A stretch of 64,000 nt of DNA from Phoronis australis (Eukaryota; Animalia; Phoronida). Shown in pieces: positions 49,701 to 60,366 of the stretch. Positions within the stretch are counted from its first letter, which is position 1. Every line of letters starts with the position of its first letter. The position numbers and the translations under genes were made by a program. Under the pieces are notes generated by a model, which made no database searches, was not told the origin of the DNA, and worked only from the letters and a program-made list of their open reading frames with translations. The stretch spans positions 1 through 64,000 of the forward strand of contig NMRA01000732.1 in the NCBI GenBank assembly GCA_002633005.1, in the 5' to 3' direction.

Positions 49701-51673
49701 ACTTGTACTAATTCATTATTACCAGCGATCATTTTTACTAGCGATCATTTTTACTAGCGATCATTTTTACTTGCGATTCATCAAAAATTCACATTTGCTT
49801 TTCCCATTCAAAATGGCATCCCAGCACGAATGAAAATTGATGAAAATGCGTCAGATCCGCTATTTCGAAAACAACTTCTGGTTAAGCAGCACTCGATAAC
49901 AGCTACCGACAGGAAACTAACACATGAAAAATTTCGAAGTAATTGGTTCAATAATGCGCCCTCTACAGGACAAAACATTTTTGTCCCAAAATCGTACTGG
50001 CTGACATTTTCGCCATCTTTCACCAGAAGTGTATGATTTACAGCACATATGTAGTAATCGACTGGTACAGTATTGGTGCTAATTTTCAGCCATGTACGTA
50101 AAAATTTGCGGCCTTTGTGAGCATTTGAATCTGAATTCTGAAAACAAAATGGCCGCAACGTCCGCCATCTTCAATCCGATCATAACCAAAAACAATAGAC
50201 TTCCAGCTATTCCTGAACTAGAATTTGTGTGTGAATTTCGTGTGAATCGGATAAAAAATGCAACCTATAGAGTACAAACAAAAAAAAACGGGAAAAACAA
50301 TGTGATGAAATTTTATTTTGCTAAGTAATAAAAGGTAAGGAAAAATACCATGCAATTTCAATTTTCTATTGTAAGGCAGAAAAACTTAATGCTTTCAATT
50401 GTCTCAAGATTTAAAAAAAATTTAGAAATCTTCAAAATGGGCTCAAGTTTTCCAAACACACAGCTCAGAATTTTTCAAATATGATGCAGCACAACCTCTG
50501 AATACATAGTAAGACGTCTATCACCATCTGGTCACATAGCTTGAATACATGTTCAGAGAACAATGTAAGATGTCCATCACCATCTGATGACATAGCTTCT
50601 CAAATCAGGTGACAAGTTGTTTTTGACTTGATTACAAGATGACCCTCCACTTCTGAACCAAAATTTGAGATTGACAGTCGTGTAGGTGACAATCTCACCA
50701 CGACCAGTTTGTGAAAAACTTTATCATAGCCAAACATATTAAACGTAAAAATTTGAGTCAATCCCCTAGGTACTTAAATAAATTAGACAGCCAAGAAATA
50801 GGAATGTGGATGTTTGAGCAAGATACACATCAAAAAACTAGATAGGTCTAACCTCCTATAAATTTATCATCAAAGTCGTTGAAAACGCAAAAATCTAATG
50901 ACAAACTCCTAGCTTTTGTTAGCAGTTCAAATTTTGCAACTTCCTTGTCAAACTATGTCAACAAGACATTGTGTGCACAGGACGAATGACACATTGATGA
51001 GTGGGAATGATGCAGTGCAAATTTCACAAGCAAAAAAGTTTTGTGTCTTATCTTTCAAAAATTATAAGTACACGCTATACGTTGATCACATCACAGGACC
51101 TGCACTCAAGTCTGAAAAGATCTCAGTCCTGACCAGGGCTTAAATCAAGTACTTTCTGTTAACTGTGCAGTCTCTAGTCCATTGAACTATCAGACCCATC
51201 AGTCGATTATAAATATCCAATCAAGACTTGATATTAGTTGAGAGAGCATATACTTATTACATAAAATTCAACAATTTCCTAAATTAATTTGCACTCCAGT
51301 TCAAATTCTGAACAGAGCAGCAGTTACGTTGAAATCTAGTTAACCGAAAAAAAGCATCAATGCTCTTTTTTCATAAAAAATCCACCCAAGACGAGCAAAA
51401 ATTTTCATGGCATTTCAAACCTTGCCCGTGTGCCTTTGTGCAAGTTTTCAAAACACACAAGACCTGGGGTGCTGTTAGTCGCTGAGCACAGGTCTCAAAA
51501 TGTGCCGTGAAACAGCCCAGAGACACATATGCTTTTTGGCCTTATGAAAAGGGCTCCAGGATACAGGCGTGTTCCCAACCTACCTGCTCAAAAAACTCGT
51601 CCATGTATGGCTTTTCATTATCCATCTGTACGGCGACATCATCTGGCCCCACATCATCCTCATCACTCTGAGC
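16701..51673 (-). CDS. STX1A: Syntaxin-1 (Qa-SNARE), exons 2-10, 5'-partial; alternative exon 6a/6b and alternative TM last exons
   Basis: Exons translate to the Habc, linker, H3 SNARE and TM regions of syntaxin-1. Exon lengths of 100/75/109/74/138/111 nt and their phases match the vertebrate STX1A structure as I recall it. All junctions GT-AG. Confidence 0.95.
20153..20317 (-). CDS. STX1A: Syntaxin-1 alternative TM last exon B with C-terminal tail ([54 protein letters not shown])
   Basis: Strong acceptor ttttctctttgttttag|, KK, about 24 hydrophobic residues, 28-aa polar tail, TAG. Confidence 0.8.
   Translation of the reverse strand, partial: KKCYLILCVVVVLAVIILIIALSVVLNQSGSTSDQSKQSKVTTSLPNPATNSSS
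20503..20596. repeat. Short tandem repeat, ~31-bp unit x3
   Basis: agtgcaact.actgtacatca.gttgaaca repeated. Confidence 0.7.
21121..21204 (-). CDS. STX1A: Syntaxin-1 alternative TM last exon A ([27 protein letters not shown])
   Basis: Strong acceptor ttttctttgttttag|, KK followed by a hydrophobic helix and TGA. Confidence 0.88.
   Translation of the reverse strand, partial: KKICIIICILIVVGVIALIIGLSVGLG
21506..21616 (-). CDS. STX1A: Syntaxin-1 exon 9 ([37 protein letters not shown])
   Basis: Acceptor tgttttcag|, donor CGG|gtgagt, 111 nt. Confidence 0.96.
22135..23862 (-). mobile_element. Helentron/DINE-1-like non-autonomous element with ~4 diverged internal 400-480 bp repeats
   Basis: Ends aacaagag... 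and ...cccacatataaatatgtgggcgtataaaaa (subterminal palindrome plus A-run). The internal unit (aaatttcatgaaaat..., ggaacaca.ct..caaattt) recurs. Related fragments at about 25750-26130, 39410-39640 and 55200-55430. The superfamily call is an inference. Confidence 0.65.
23913..24050 (-). CDS. STX1A: Syntaxin-1 exon 8 ([46 protein letters not shown])
   Basis: Acceptor attttccag|, donor CAG|gtatag, 138 nt, SNARE motif ending at the zero-layer Q. Confidence 0.96.
24200..24447 (-). mobile_element. Truncated second copy of the Helentron-like element
   Basis: Same terminal palindrome gcaatatgcacccacatataaatatgtgggcgcataaaaa; a solo end also lies at about 55779-55813. Confidence 0.7.
25556..25629 (-). 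CDS. STX1A: Syntaxin-1 exon 7 ([25 protein letters not shown])
   Basis: Acceptor ttttttctag|, donor GGG|gtaagt, 74 nt, linker with the LE motif. Confidence 0.95.
26495..27035. repeat. Minisatellite, 32-bp unit, about 17 copies
   Basis: GCCTCTGTCTCAGCACCACATGGTGAAYGTGA tandem, nearly homogeneous. Confidence 0.97.
27534..27580. repeat. Compound (AAT)n(GAT)n microsatellite
   Basis: aataataataataatgatgatgatgatgatgatgat. Confidence 0.9.
28435..28543 (-). CDS. STX1A: Syntaxin-1 exon 6b ([36 protein letters not shown])
   Basis: Acceptor ttcattctag|, donor A|gtaagc, 109 nt, canonical [16 protein letters not shown]. Confidence 0.93.
28700..28808 (-). CDS. STX1A: Syntaxin-1 exon 6a ([36 protein letters not shown])
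   Basis: Acceptor ctgtttacag|, donor A|gtaagg, 109 nt, open frame. Confidence 0.9.
31883..31965 (-). CDS. STX1A: Syntaxin-1 exon 5 ([28 protein letters not shown])
   Basis: Acceptor tgtcaacag|, donor CAG|gtaggt, conserved [10 protein letters not shown]. Confidence 0.95.
33051..33125 (-). CDS. STX1A: Syntaxin-1 exon 4 ([25 protein letters not shown])
   Basis: Acceptor tacttgcag|, donor G|gtaagt, 75 nt, Hb helix. Confidence 0.95.
34230..34308. repeat. TA/CA/TG microsatellite cluster
   Basis: atatacatac...cacacacac...gtgtgtgtgtgcgcgcg. Confidence 0.8.
35755..36228 (+). mobile_element. Left part of a TA-flanked CCRTA-type MITE related to 47209-48695, cut off by the gap
   Basis: taccatatacgccctaataagcacccagggtgcttagaaaa...ggttgaaaccc matches the 47207 end. 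Confidence 0.65.
36229..36685. other. Assembly gap (457 N)
   Basis: N run. Confidence 1.
36686..36790. repeat. 50-bp tandem unit containing the palindrome ggggccccctatattaatataggggcccc, next to the gap
   Basis: Two copies visible, at 36686 and 36736. Confidence 0.85.
41170..41340 (+). repeat. Dispersed repeat (also about 52920-53060 and 59030-59080)
   Basis: Shared ggcgacct..gaaaa.tc.caagt motif; ttccaaactttaaattactaa.agttttcctagatt is shared by the first two copies. Confidence 0.7.
43107..43711. repeat. 186-bp direct duplication (43107-43292, 43526-43711), likely assembly/haplotype artefact
   Basis: Two mismatches; the first copy ends exactly at a single N (43293). Confidence 0.8.
44162..44715 (-). 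mobile_element. Kolobok-like remnant with a degenerate THAP fragment
   Basis: End reads ttaa|agggcaatagctgac on -; the other end is ttaa|agtagctgac. The - strand LHTFP....[13 protein letters not shown] (about 44355-44450) resembles the THAP FP/W/R core. Confidence 0.5.
45161..45187. repeat. (GCTA)n microsatellite
   Basis: gctagctagctagctagctagctagct. Confidence 0.9.
46439..46538 (-). CDS. STX1A: Syntaxin-1 exon 3 ([33 protein letters not shown])
   Basis: Acceptor tacttttag|, donor A|gtaagt, 100 nt, Ha helix. Confidence 0.95.
47209..48695. mobile_element. Non-autonomous Tc1/mariner(pogo)-like element with TA TSD
   Basis: TA|ccgtattcgccgtaataaccgccca ... tgggcggttattacagcgaatacgg|TA; a nested shorter relative at about 47431-47578. 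Confidence 0.85.
49721..49780. repeat. 16-bp tandem repeat x3-4
   Basis: actagcgatcattttt. Confidence 0.8.
51584..51673 (-). CDS. STX1A: Syntaxin-1 exon 2 ([30 protein letters not shown])
   Basis: Acceptor ttctttgtag|, donor CAG|gtaggt, conserved MDEFFEQ. Confidence 0.93.
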
Positions 51674-51968
51674 CTACAAAGAACAGACATAGACAATGGT
51701 TAGTAACAGAGGTAATGTAAAGCTCATTTCACACCAGCGAGCGACATTTTTGTCCAAAAAAGTTGTGCAACAAATCTGATGAAAAGTTGTAAGACTTGCA
51801 TTCACAAGAGCGTCTACATTGGACATGGCAAGCAATAAATTATGACTAAGCCCGTGCCAAAATCATCATGATCTCAATAATCTGGACTGGGCACGACATT
51901 GGAATTTGTTACGCCACCCAGTCAGTGGGAATAACTAGACAATGCTTGGTTTTCATTGACCTCACAAT

Positions 51969-52388
51969 AGTGCCGTTTACACTTCAAAGGTTGACACGGA
52001 TCAGCCGACATGGAACGAGTTGTTCCAGTGTGTAAACGGGACTGACACGGAGCAAATTGACAACCGCGGTGACACATTTTGCCACCCATTTGTGAATGTG
52101 AGGTAGAGCAATTTGCGCCCGTACATCTTGCTCCGTGTCAATTATATGTCTAAATGCAAAACTGGGGCAAGGCGGAAAGGATCATCTCTACTGCGCTTGC
52201 CTAATGACCTACGTACGGGTTCTTTGTCTCTACAACTCTCGTCATTTGAAAGCCTGCGCATGTCTCTCCAGCCTGCAATTTCCGTCTTGCCACGGTTAGT
52301 GAGTTGTGTGTGTAAACGTCCGCTTGACACGGGTCAATTTGTTCCGTGTCAGTTGCGCCGGGCCAAAAGTTTATGTCTAAACGGGACT
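51969..52388. mobile_element. PIF/Harbinger-like MITE with 3-bp TSD (AAT)
   Basis: aat|agtgccgtttacac ... gtctaaacgggact|aat; internal inverted ctgacacggagcaaattgac / gtcaatttgttccgtgtcag. Confidence 0.65.
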
Positions 52389-55300
52389 AATGGCTAGTAA
52401 CTAACTACATAGTTGATTTGGTAGAACTGAATCGAATGTGGCATGCAAACAGTAATGAACCTCACAACTTTGTGAATAATCTTATACAATCAAGCTGGTA
52501 AGATTTGTTGTTTTTTCAAAATCAATACATGCACCAGTACTAAATGTTCAAAATACAACTTAAAGATTTGCCGGCACACAAATTTCCCAGCCTGCCCAGT
52601 TCTTTCATCTGAGAATTCCAGTCTTTCAATGTTGGGTTATAACTAGACCGATATATTTCTGCAAATTTGCACTGAACAAACAATGCAGGTCGCAGCTGAA
52701 TGAAACTGAGGGAAAGAGTAACGTTGGTAGTGCGAATGTGATATTTGATTGATGGGTGAATGCGTTCACTCCTCCCACTTCCATAAAGTGTTGACCGAAA
52801 AATTGCACAAGGTTGAACACGACTGATTTTTGTGCAACTTGTCGAGCACGACCCACAACACGTTATGCAACATGTTGCAAATTATTCACACGCAACTTTT
52901 CGTCCAACGATGCCACAAGCACTCGATTTAGCGACCTAGGAAAATCTCAAGTCACCACGAAGTCGCCTAGTTAGATGATAATTCCCCCCTTAATTCATTT
53001 CAAAGTTTGTGTGGACTTCCAAACTTTAAATTACTAACAGTTTTCCTAGATTCTTTACCTTGGCTTTGATTCATAATTGTTTCGTATATTTCATGAAATC
53101 AGTGCATTTGCCACCACAGCAGTTAGTACACTTAATAAATGGCCACAACTCCAGTGCTTTGTCAACCATTAAAAGTATATATTTTCTGAAAGGAGAAAGT
53201 ACTGTAGCATGCCTGTGAAAATAATCTTGTCCATAACCTGAAAATTGACAAGATGTTTTTACAATGAAACATTTAAAGTCATCAAAACCGAAAGTCACAA
53301 AAGAATGCAAATTTACAGTTGCAACTGTCATTTGTAACCCGATATTTTTGCCAGCTCCAGTACTTGGAATTTCTAACTACTAAAAGTAAAAGTACATTTT
53401 GTGAATTTCATGCACACAAAGTGAGGGTGATTTCACTAACATGCTCCTTGTCAAGTCTATTTTGTTAAGGATCAAGTAAAAATCAATACTTATGGGATGA
53501 GGCTTTCAATTAAAATGTGATATCCACTTGATCAAATCATTACACCCAATCATCACAGTCACCAGATTGAAGGCGTTTAAATTATGAACCACCTCCTCAA
53601 TCTCTTATGTTCAAACAGGAGTTATTCCATAAATTCTGATTGGCATGGGCTTAAATTATGCATCAAGAGAATTGACTAGTCACCAGATTGACTCATTGCT
53701 TCGCCTACTCGAACACGTGACTAAGTCTTAGACTGTGGTGGGTCTAAACGAAAGGCAGGACGATTGTGGGTAATTTTTTTGCTTTAAAAGCTGTTAGTAC
53801 CGATTCCAAAGATTTTGAAAGACCAGCAATTCTTAAAGTACAAAGCCAGAAGTATTCAGAAAAAAAGACCGGAATTCCCTGTCATGACGGCTGGATGGAA
53901 GCCGAATTCATCAGCAATCCTTTCTCATGCCCGAGAATGAAGTAAAGGTGGCTAAGACAGTCTGTAATTAAAAATTTACCGCCCTAGTAGTTCTTACCAA
54001 TAATTTTTGTTGTTAACAGAATCAGACATCATTACAGAGAAAACGGCATTTTGTCTTAATACTTTAGTTTTGTTATGTATGTCATTTCTTTCAAACTTTT
54101 ACATTTCCTCAAAAGCCTTTTTGACTTGTGTGCAAATAGGCCATTTTGAAGGAATATATAGTATTGACTTTCTTCAGACATTGAGACAAAAGCTATGAAA
54201 AGTTTAGCACACTTAAAGGCTAATTTACAATGAAAATTGGTTACTATAACTAAGTCTTATTATACAAGGAACATAGCAAAATTTACTTCTAATGGGGTGG
54301 TTTTAGCTCCTTCTGTGAAATTTTTCAGAAAATTTGCCAACAAGTTGGACATTCTTAAAGAGACACACAATTGCGAATGAACTCCTAGAACCAGGTCACA
54401 AATATGCCCCAAAATTGAGGAAACTTTGATATTTCAATCTTATTGGATGCAACAGGAAGGTAAAAGGAGAGGTTCCCATACAAGGAATGGATGTACACAG
54501 TGTCAGCAGCAAATCACAAGACCAGGGAACATCCAGGGGAGAGGGGGAGCATCGCCTATTATTCCACGATAATTTATGTACAAAGTCCATCTTTAGTGAG
54601 AGCCTGCTTACTTTTGTGCTTACAAAGTTTCCATGGGCAATGGTCAAGTTCGACACAGGTTATGATTTAAGAGCTTGAATTCATAGTCGTTTTTCTCGAT
54701 ATTTATAGGGTTTTGCAGGTTTTGGAAATGTAACAAAGTGTGCACCATGGCATGGGAATAGCAATAACAGGCCTTGCTACACCAAAACTAGGCCAGGGGA
54801 GGTGCTTTACCCAGTACAGCCTCTCAGGACATCAAAGTAATTCTGGCTACAGCAAGGCATTTCAGTTGCCCCTTTGTTATAAAATAGTGAACCTGTAATT
54901 ACTTCTCGTTTCATTTAAACAATGTCCATCTTTTAACCATTTTGCCTCAAAACCTTATACAGAGAAATGCCTTAAGGAAAATATCTGCTAATCATCAGAA
55001 GGCATTCCTTTGTTCAATTGGTTGAGATCAGTGTACACTAGGGGGACCAGTGTCCGCTTCCTTCACTAAGCCCCAAGTTCGAGTCACACTGGAGCACACT
55101 GCTAGACCCTTGAGTCAGGTCTCTAGCTCCTCTGCTGAGTTTTACAGTAATGGAAAGGCATCTTCATATATTTGACAGAAAGTTACATAACAAATTCTAA
55201 AAAATCTATTGGTGAACACCGAAGATACACAGGAAAAGGTAAGATTACAACTGCCAAGGACACAGCAGAAGTCAGATTGGGCTGAAACTCATTGTCAGCT

Positions 55301-56241
55301 CCAAAGGAACACAGCTCTAGATGCAAAAAATATAAAATCACAACTAGAGTAGTCAAGTCCATCCGAAAATCAACGTTAGCTGTACTCACCTCATCAGGAA
55401 CACATTCACTTATTTTCGTAATGATCCTTCAAGCACAGTGTTTCCCACACTCATAAATTCAAACAGGTCATGTTTACAACTCACCCCCACCCCCGAAATA
55501 TGAGAGAACTTAAAGGAGAATGCCTACCAAAAACAACCTATTTTGTATCAATTTAGATCGAGGAGTTCTACTCGATAACAGCACGTTCGGTTGCGTTCCC
55601 TGACACCTGACGGCAGAAGGTGTTGAAATTATCCAATGACGTAATTGGTTTCACACGCAGTCAGCAGTTCACAACACGGGTTAGTGGTGTCAGCTTATCG
55701 CTTGAATTCATCGTTTAACACCAATAAATCATCGAACTTCGATGTAAAACCTTAAAAATACACCGAGTTCTTATACTAATGCGTCCACATATAAATATGT
55801 GGGCGCATAAAAACGTGTTGTTTAATGTCGCTGTTACGGATTTACTGGTATTTGGACACACCGCAGCCTACGAAGTTCGGCAGGCCAATTTACCAAGGTC
55901 CGTAGCTGGAGTTTGAGTCTGTTCCAAGATAAATTTGAAGTATTCTTCCATGAAATACAGACAGGAGAACATAGATCTATGTTGTTTATACTTGTGATTT
56001 TTTGAGTTCTAAACACACAACACGCTTGTTATCCTAGCCAGTGGCTCGGAACCCGATCAGGCCCGTCGCAGCCGCCAGGACTGGCACGAACATAAACCAG
56101 CTTGAGTTGGAAACTAAACCTCCAGTCACAAAAAGACTATAATAGTGAGCCAAAGAAATAATGGGCACGTAATTATTTATGTGAATTAGCCGGTGACGGA
56201 ACTGAAAATCTACTTACTTGTCGGGGGGGGGGGGGGGGGGG

Positions 56242-56293
56242 NNNNNNNNNNNNNNNNNNNNNNNNNNNNNNNNNNNNNNNNNNNNNNNNNNNN
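56242..56293. other. Assembly gap (52 N) after poly-G
   Basis: N run. Confidence 1.
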
Positions 56294-56648
56294 NGCATCA
56301 AAAGCCGGTAACTCAGTGATTTATTCCTTGCTGGCTTCTCAAAACATTTGAACTCACGAGCACTCCAAGGCATTATAAATTGTATCTAATGAGACAGACT
56401 TTGTTTCAGTTTCATAAGCTGCATTGGTTAGGATCATTTCAGGATGAGAATAATTCATTTTGAAACAGAACGCAGAATAATAAACGTCTACATTGCAACT
56501 CGTCAAGAGCTCATCCGACGAAGACTTCACGGGTCGTATCGTTAGGTTTCACAGGCTATCAGTTCGAACCGGAATACACTGATCAAGCAATACTAGAGAG
56601 GTGTCGTGAACATGCACAGGCAACGGAACGTATGGATAGTTCGTCAGA

Positions 56649-56861
56649 GAAATCACTGTCGACAAAATGCCGGCCACAGACACGGAGATGTTTCACGTCC
56701 TCATACTTGCTATTAACAGCATACCTTTCATTCTTCACTATCGCGAGTCACTTCCTAAGCATTTCGGGCTCTCGAGGAAGTCGAAAAAACGATATACCAG
56801 CTTTCTTCGCAGCTTCATAGTTCGGACAAGTGGGAACCGATGCACCGCAATATAGCGACAT
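56649..56861 (-). pseudogene. THAP zinc-finger domain pseudogene
   Basis: MSLYCGASVPTCPN...ISFFRLPREPEMLRK*LAIV...HLRVCGRHFVDSDF: C2CH ligands present; the conserved Trp position is TGA (56748-56750). Confidence 0.8.
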
Positions 56862-58514
56862 TCACTCTGCACACGAACCACAGATGTCGCTGCATCGCTT
56901 CTCACCTTCCTCACAGGTTAACGCGACACCTCTCGGCAAGGTGAGGTCGACCATATAAGACACGATGTGGATATAGACCGATTAAGACGGCAAAAAAGAC
57001 TAATTAAATCAGATGGCATTCTTCTTTCATGCTGCAGACCAACACTGGGGGAGCTAGGGAGATACAAAGAGGGCATAACACAAGGTAACAGCCTTTCTTT
57101 TTATCAGTCCATGGTATTTTGAGAGCTGCATGTGAGTATGTGACATGGATTCTAGAAATGCCACTTGGGATTTTGTCAAGGTCGCAAATGATTGACCTGC
57201 CGATTACACGATGTTGAGGGCCGAGAGGAGTAACTTTTAAACTTTTTTCAAAGGGTTATGAGACCAATGTTCAGCCTCAAAATCGAAGCATTAAGGACCC
57301 TTTTCAATTGAACTACAACATGAAAGGGCTTTGAGAAGCAACACTTGGTAAAATCGAACAAAATTTTAAAGTTGAGGTCGACAACGAAGCCAAGAACATC
57401 AACAACCATGACACCAATGCTTATTACTCCAACATATTAGATTAGATAGCCCACGACGAGATCTATTTACATACTTCATTTGAAAAGCCTCGGTCACAGG
57501 ACCGTGGACCTACAGCTCTGCAAACATAATTTGGAAAATGGCCATAACAATGCGATCTTGCGTGCAGATTCATCCAAGAACAAAAGTTCTCAGGGCTATT
57601 GACTAATTAAACACTGTACATCATTTCATTTTGATCAGACGAAAAATGCGATGTCTAGCACAAATATGATGGGCTAACAAAGTACAGCTATAAATAACTT
57701 AATGGTGATAGCACTTGATTAGACCTATCCACATACCAAATTTCAGACAACTCTGTCACGTGACCCTGAAGCTACGGCAAAAAATCAATTAATAGACCAG
57801 TCCTTGGAACATCTCAAATAACCTAAGACGGTAAGACACGGAGAAAAATAAAAGGCGCAATTATGGTAGACCTTACAAATATCTATCCACCAAAAAAACT
57901 CAGAAAAATGTCAATACAAAACAGTTGAGATATGGCTCTGGAAACCAAAACATCCATCCATCTTCCATTCACTTTTAACCAAAAAAGAGAAGGCACATGT
58001 TGTAGAGATCCAATAAGAATTGCAATCTGCAGCATGCGAACAAAGAAACAAACAAATTTTATGGTAACGCAACAAACTTGCAGAAATTTCTTTTCACAAA
58101 GTAAATAATCACAAATTTTTTAACAGTATTTCAATAGATCACATAGGCTGTTAACAATAAGAGGCTTAACCCACTAAATCCATCTAACACTTACTGTACA
58201 TAAAATAAGCCTCCAGCATAATGAGATAGCAACATTACATGGCAAAATCTCAACAACTTATATGGCATAATAAAGAGTTCAATTTTTTTTCATTTTCAAA
58301 TAAATTCATAGTAAGGTTGTATACCACAGCTGTATTACCATCAGGTAACTTTTGAGAAACTGTGGGCATTCTCAGTAATGCTAGAAGTCTTTGAAAACTA
58401 AATAAAGAGGGGCTAATCCTTTTTTCAAAATTTGAGACATTTTTTCATATGAAGTTGTCCTGAAGAAGCTCAGAACTTCCAGATTTGGTTTGATGTCCAA
58501 AGGCCTGCCACTAT

Positions 58515-58905
58515 AAAACTTGTTTTAACATGTCACTGTGATCTGTAGAGACCTGTCAGTGTGATCCACAACTTGCTTTAACGTGTCGTTGTGACCTGCA
58601 GAGACCTGTCAGTGCTATCCACGACTTGTTGAAACATATAGTTGTGACCTGAAGGGACATGTCGTTGTCATCCATGGCTTATTTTAACATGTCGCCGTCA
58701 TCAGTACAGACCTGTTAGTGCCATCCATGACTAATTTTAACGTGTCCATGAAATCTATAGAGAACTATTGATTGATCGGTGCTATCAGTGCCATCTACAA
58801 CTTGTCACTGTGACCTGTAGAGACCAGTCAGTGCCATTTACGACTTGTTTTAACATGTCATTGTGACCCGTAGCGACCGTCAGCTATCCATGACTTCCTT
58901 AACAT
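58515..58905. repeat. Degenerate ~52-bp minisatellite, about 7 copies
   Basis: acttgttttaacatgtca.tgtgacctgtagagacctgtcagtgc.atcca.g repeated. Confidence 0.8.
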
Positions 58906-60366
58906 ATCACTACTTCCTGATATTCCTGGTATTTGCGACACATTTGAATGGCTCCCCTGACAAGTCTAGGTTTTAAGGTGTGGAGACGATCACCAGGTAC
59001 TGCTTGTACATACACGTGACCTGCAGGTCGCCAGTGCCACCTCAGATTGTTTGGCGACCTGAGAAGAATCCCAAGTGGACCAACCATTGACTCGTATGTT
59101 GTACAGTTTGAGCAAGAATTCTGGTCGTGTAGTTTTAATGCTGGATGTTTCATCTTTTTGACTCAGAATTCAGACAAACATTTCAAGGGCATTGACTGCA
59201 AGAATGCAGTGCAAGATGTGAGACTGAGAGAAAACACTGAATGTCAAGACCACGCATGATAAAATGCAACTGACTTTTATACCAATACTTCACACTCAGA
59301 CTTTCTGGTTCGTGGGATGGGAACACAGGACATTAGTACTGAATTTACCTCTAGTTAGACTTGATGGACTTAGTCAACATTGACATCACTAGTATGAAAG
59401 TCGCAATCTATTTTGAGTAAAATGTTTCTGCATAATTTCAAATACGTTTGTACAGACTTTCATTTTGAAGTCATTGAATAAACAAACTGTCGATGACACT
59501 TTCTTTCCACTTCACTATACTATGCTATTAGATGGATGGAAGGATACATCACATGGCGCATCAGTATTGGCAGACCCCCATGCAGGTGGGAACAAAGCGG
59601 GTTTGGATAATTTGGACTCCCAGTTTTGGAATCGTGCATGAACCCAGGCTGTCGGGTTTATTGTGTAGCATGCCTGACCTAATGTGAAATGCTTACGCAT
59701 TTGTTATCACAAAATATATTTTATTTTGGATTCGTAAATTATTGTTCGTCTTGATGCTATAGACTTTGTTGGTAAGTGATCCCGAAGAGTTAGCTCCCCT
59801 GGACCAACCGTGTCACCACTATTGTTCGCCATTAAGGTGCTGAAAACGGAAGGATGCAGTGAATGGTGAAAGTGTGAAAAGAACTGAAAAACTATGGCGT
59901 ACAAAAAAGTGGTAGAAGACAGTCAGAGAGGGCTGTCACAACAACCAGAAGAAGCTGTACGAGCAGAAGCACTCAATTTGCAGTGAACATGCCGAAAAAC
60001 ATAAAGATTGCCTGTGTTTGCTGCCATTCAAGATGTTTTGTAAACTGGAGAGAATGTTAACGCGCAACAAACAGAAGATAATACAATAAAATTAAATAAT
60101 TGTCTGTAACTGAAGAAAGGTGGGTTGACATCTCCCAAATATTGGTGAAATTGAGTGAGCCACTAACAGAGGAGTAGAACCACAAACTAAAAAAAATATA
60201 TGAATAATTCCTGCACTTAGAACAATGCGAAGTGGTTCAAATCGCTTTTAGATACTGATTTACATAAATTCTTTTGATACGACAGTGGCGTGTCAAGTCA
60301 GCGAGTTGATATCGTACCGGGGTGGCGACCGGGTGTGATACTTTTCCATGCCTATGTATTATTTAA

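Larger units (their letters stand above)
55514..57025 (-). mobile_element. Kolobok-like element carrying a THAP pseudogene
   Basis: ttaa|aggagaatgcc ... ggcattcttct|ttca (short TIR, degenerate TTAA TSD) enclosing the THAP ORF. Confidence 0.55.

Noticed and set aside
55885-55960. NRLKLQLRTL|gtaaat as syntaxin exon 1
   Set aside because: No in-frame ATG or KDR N-peptide, and it lies inside a transposon; the true exon 1 was not found in the window
56505-56545. Hammerhead-like ccgacgaagac...gtcgtatcg
   Set aside because: Core CUGANGA and GAAA are both mismatched
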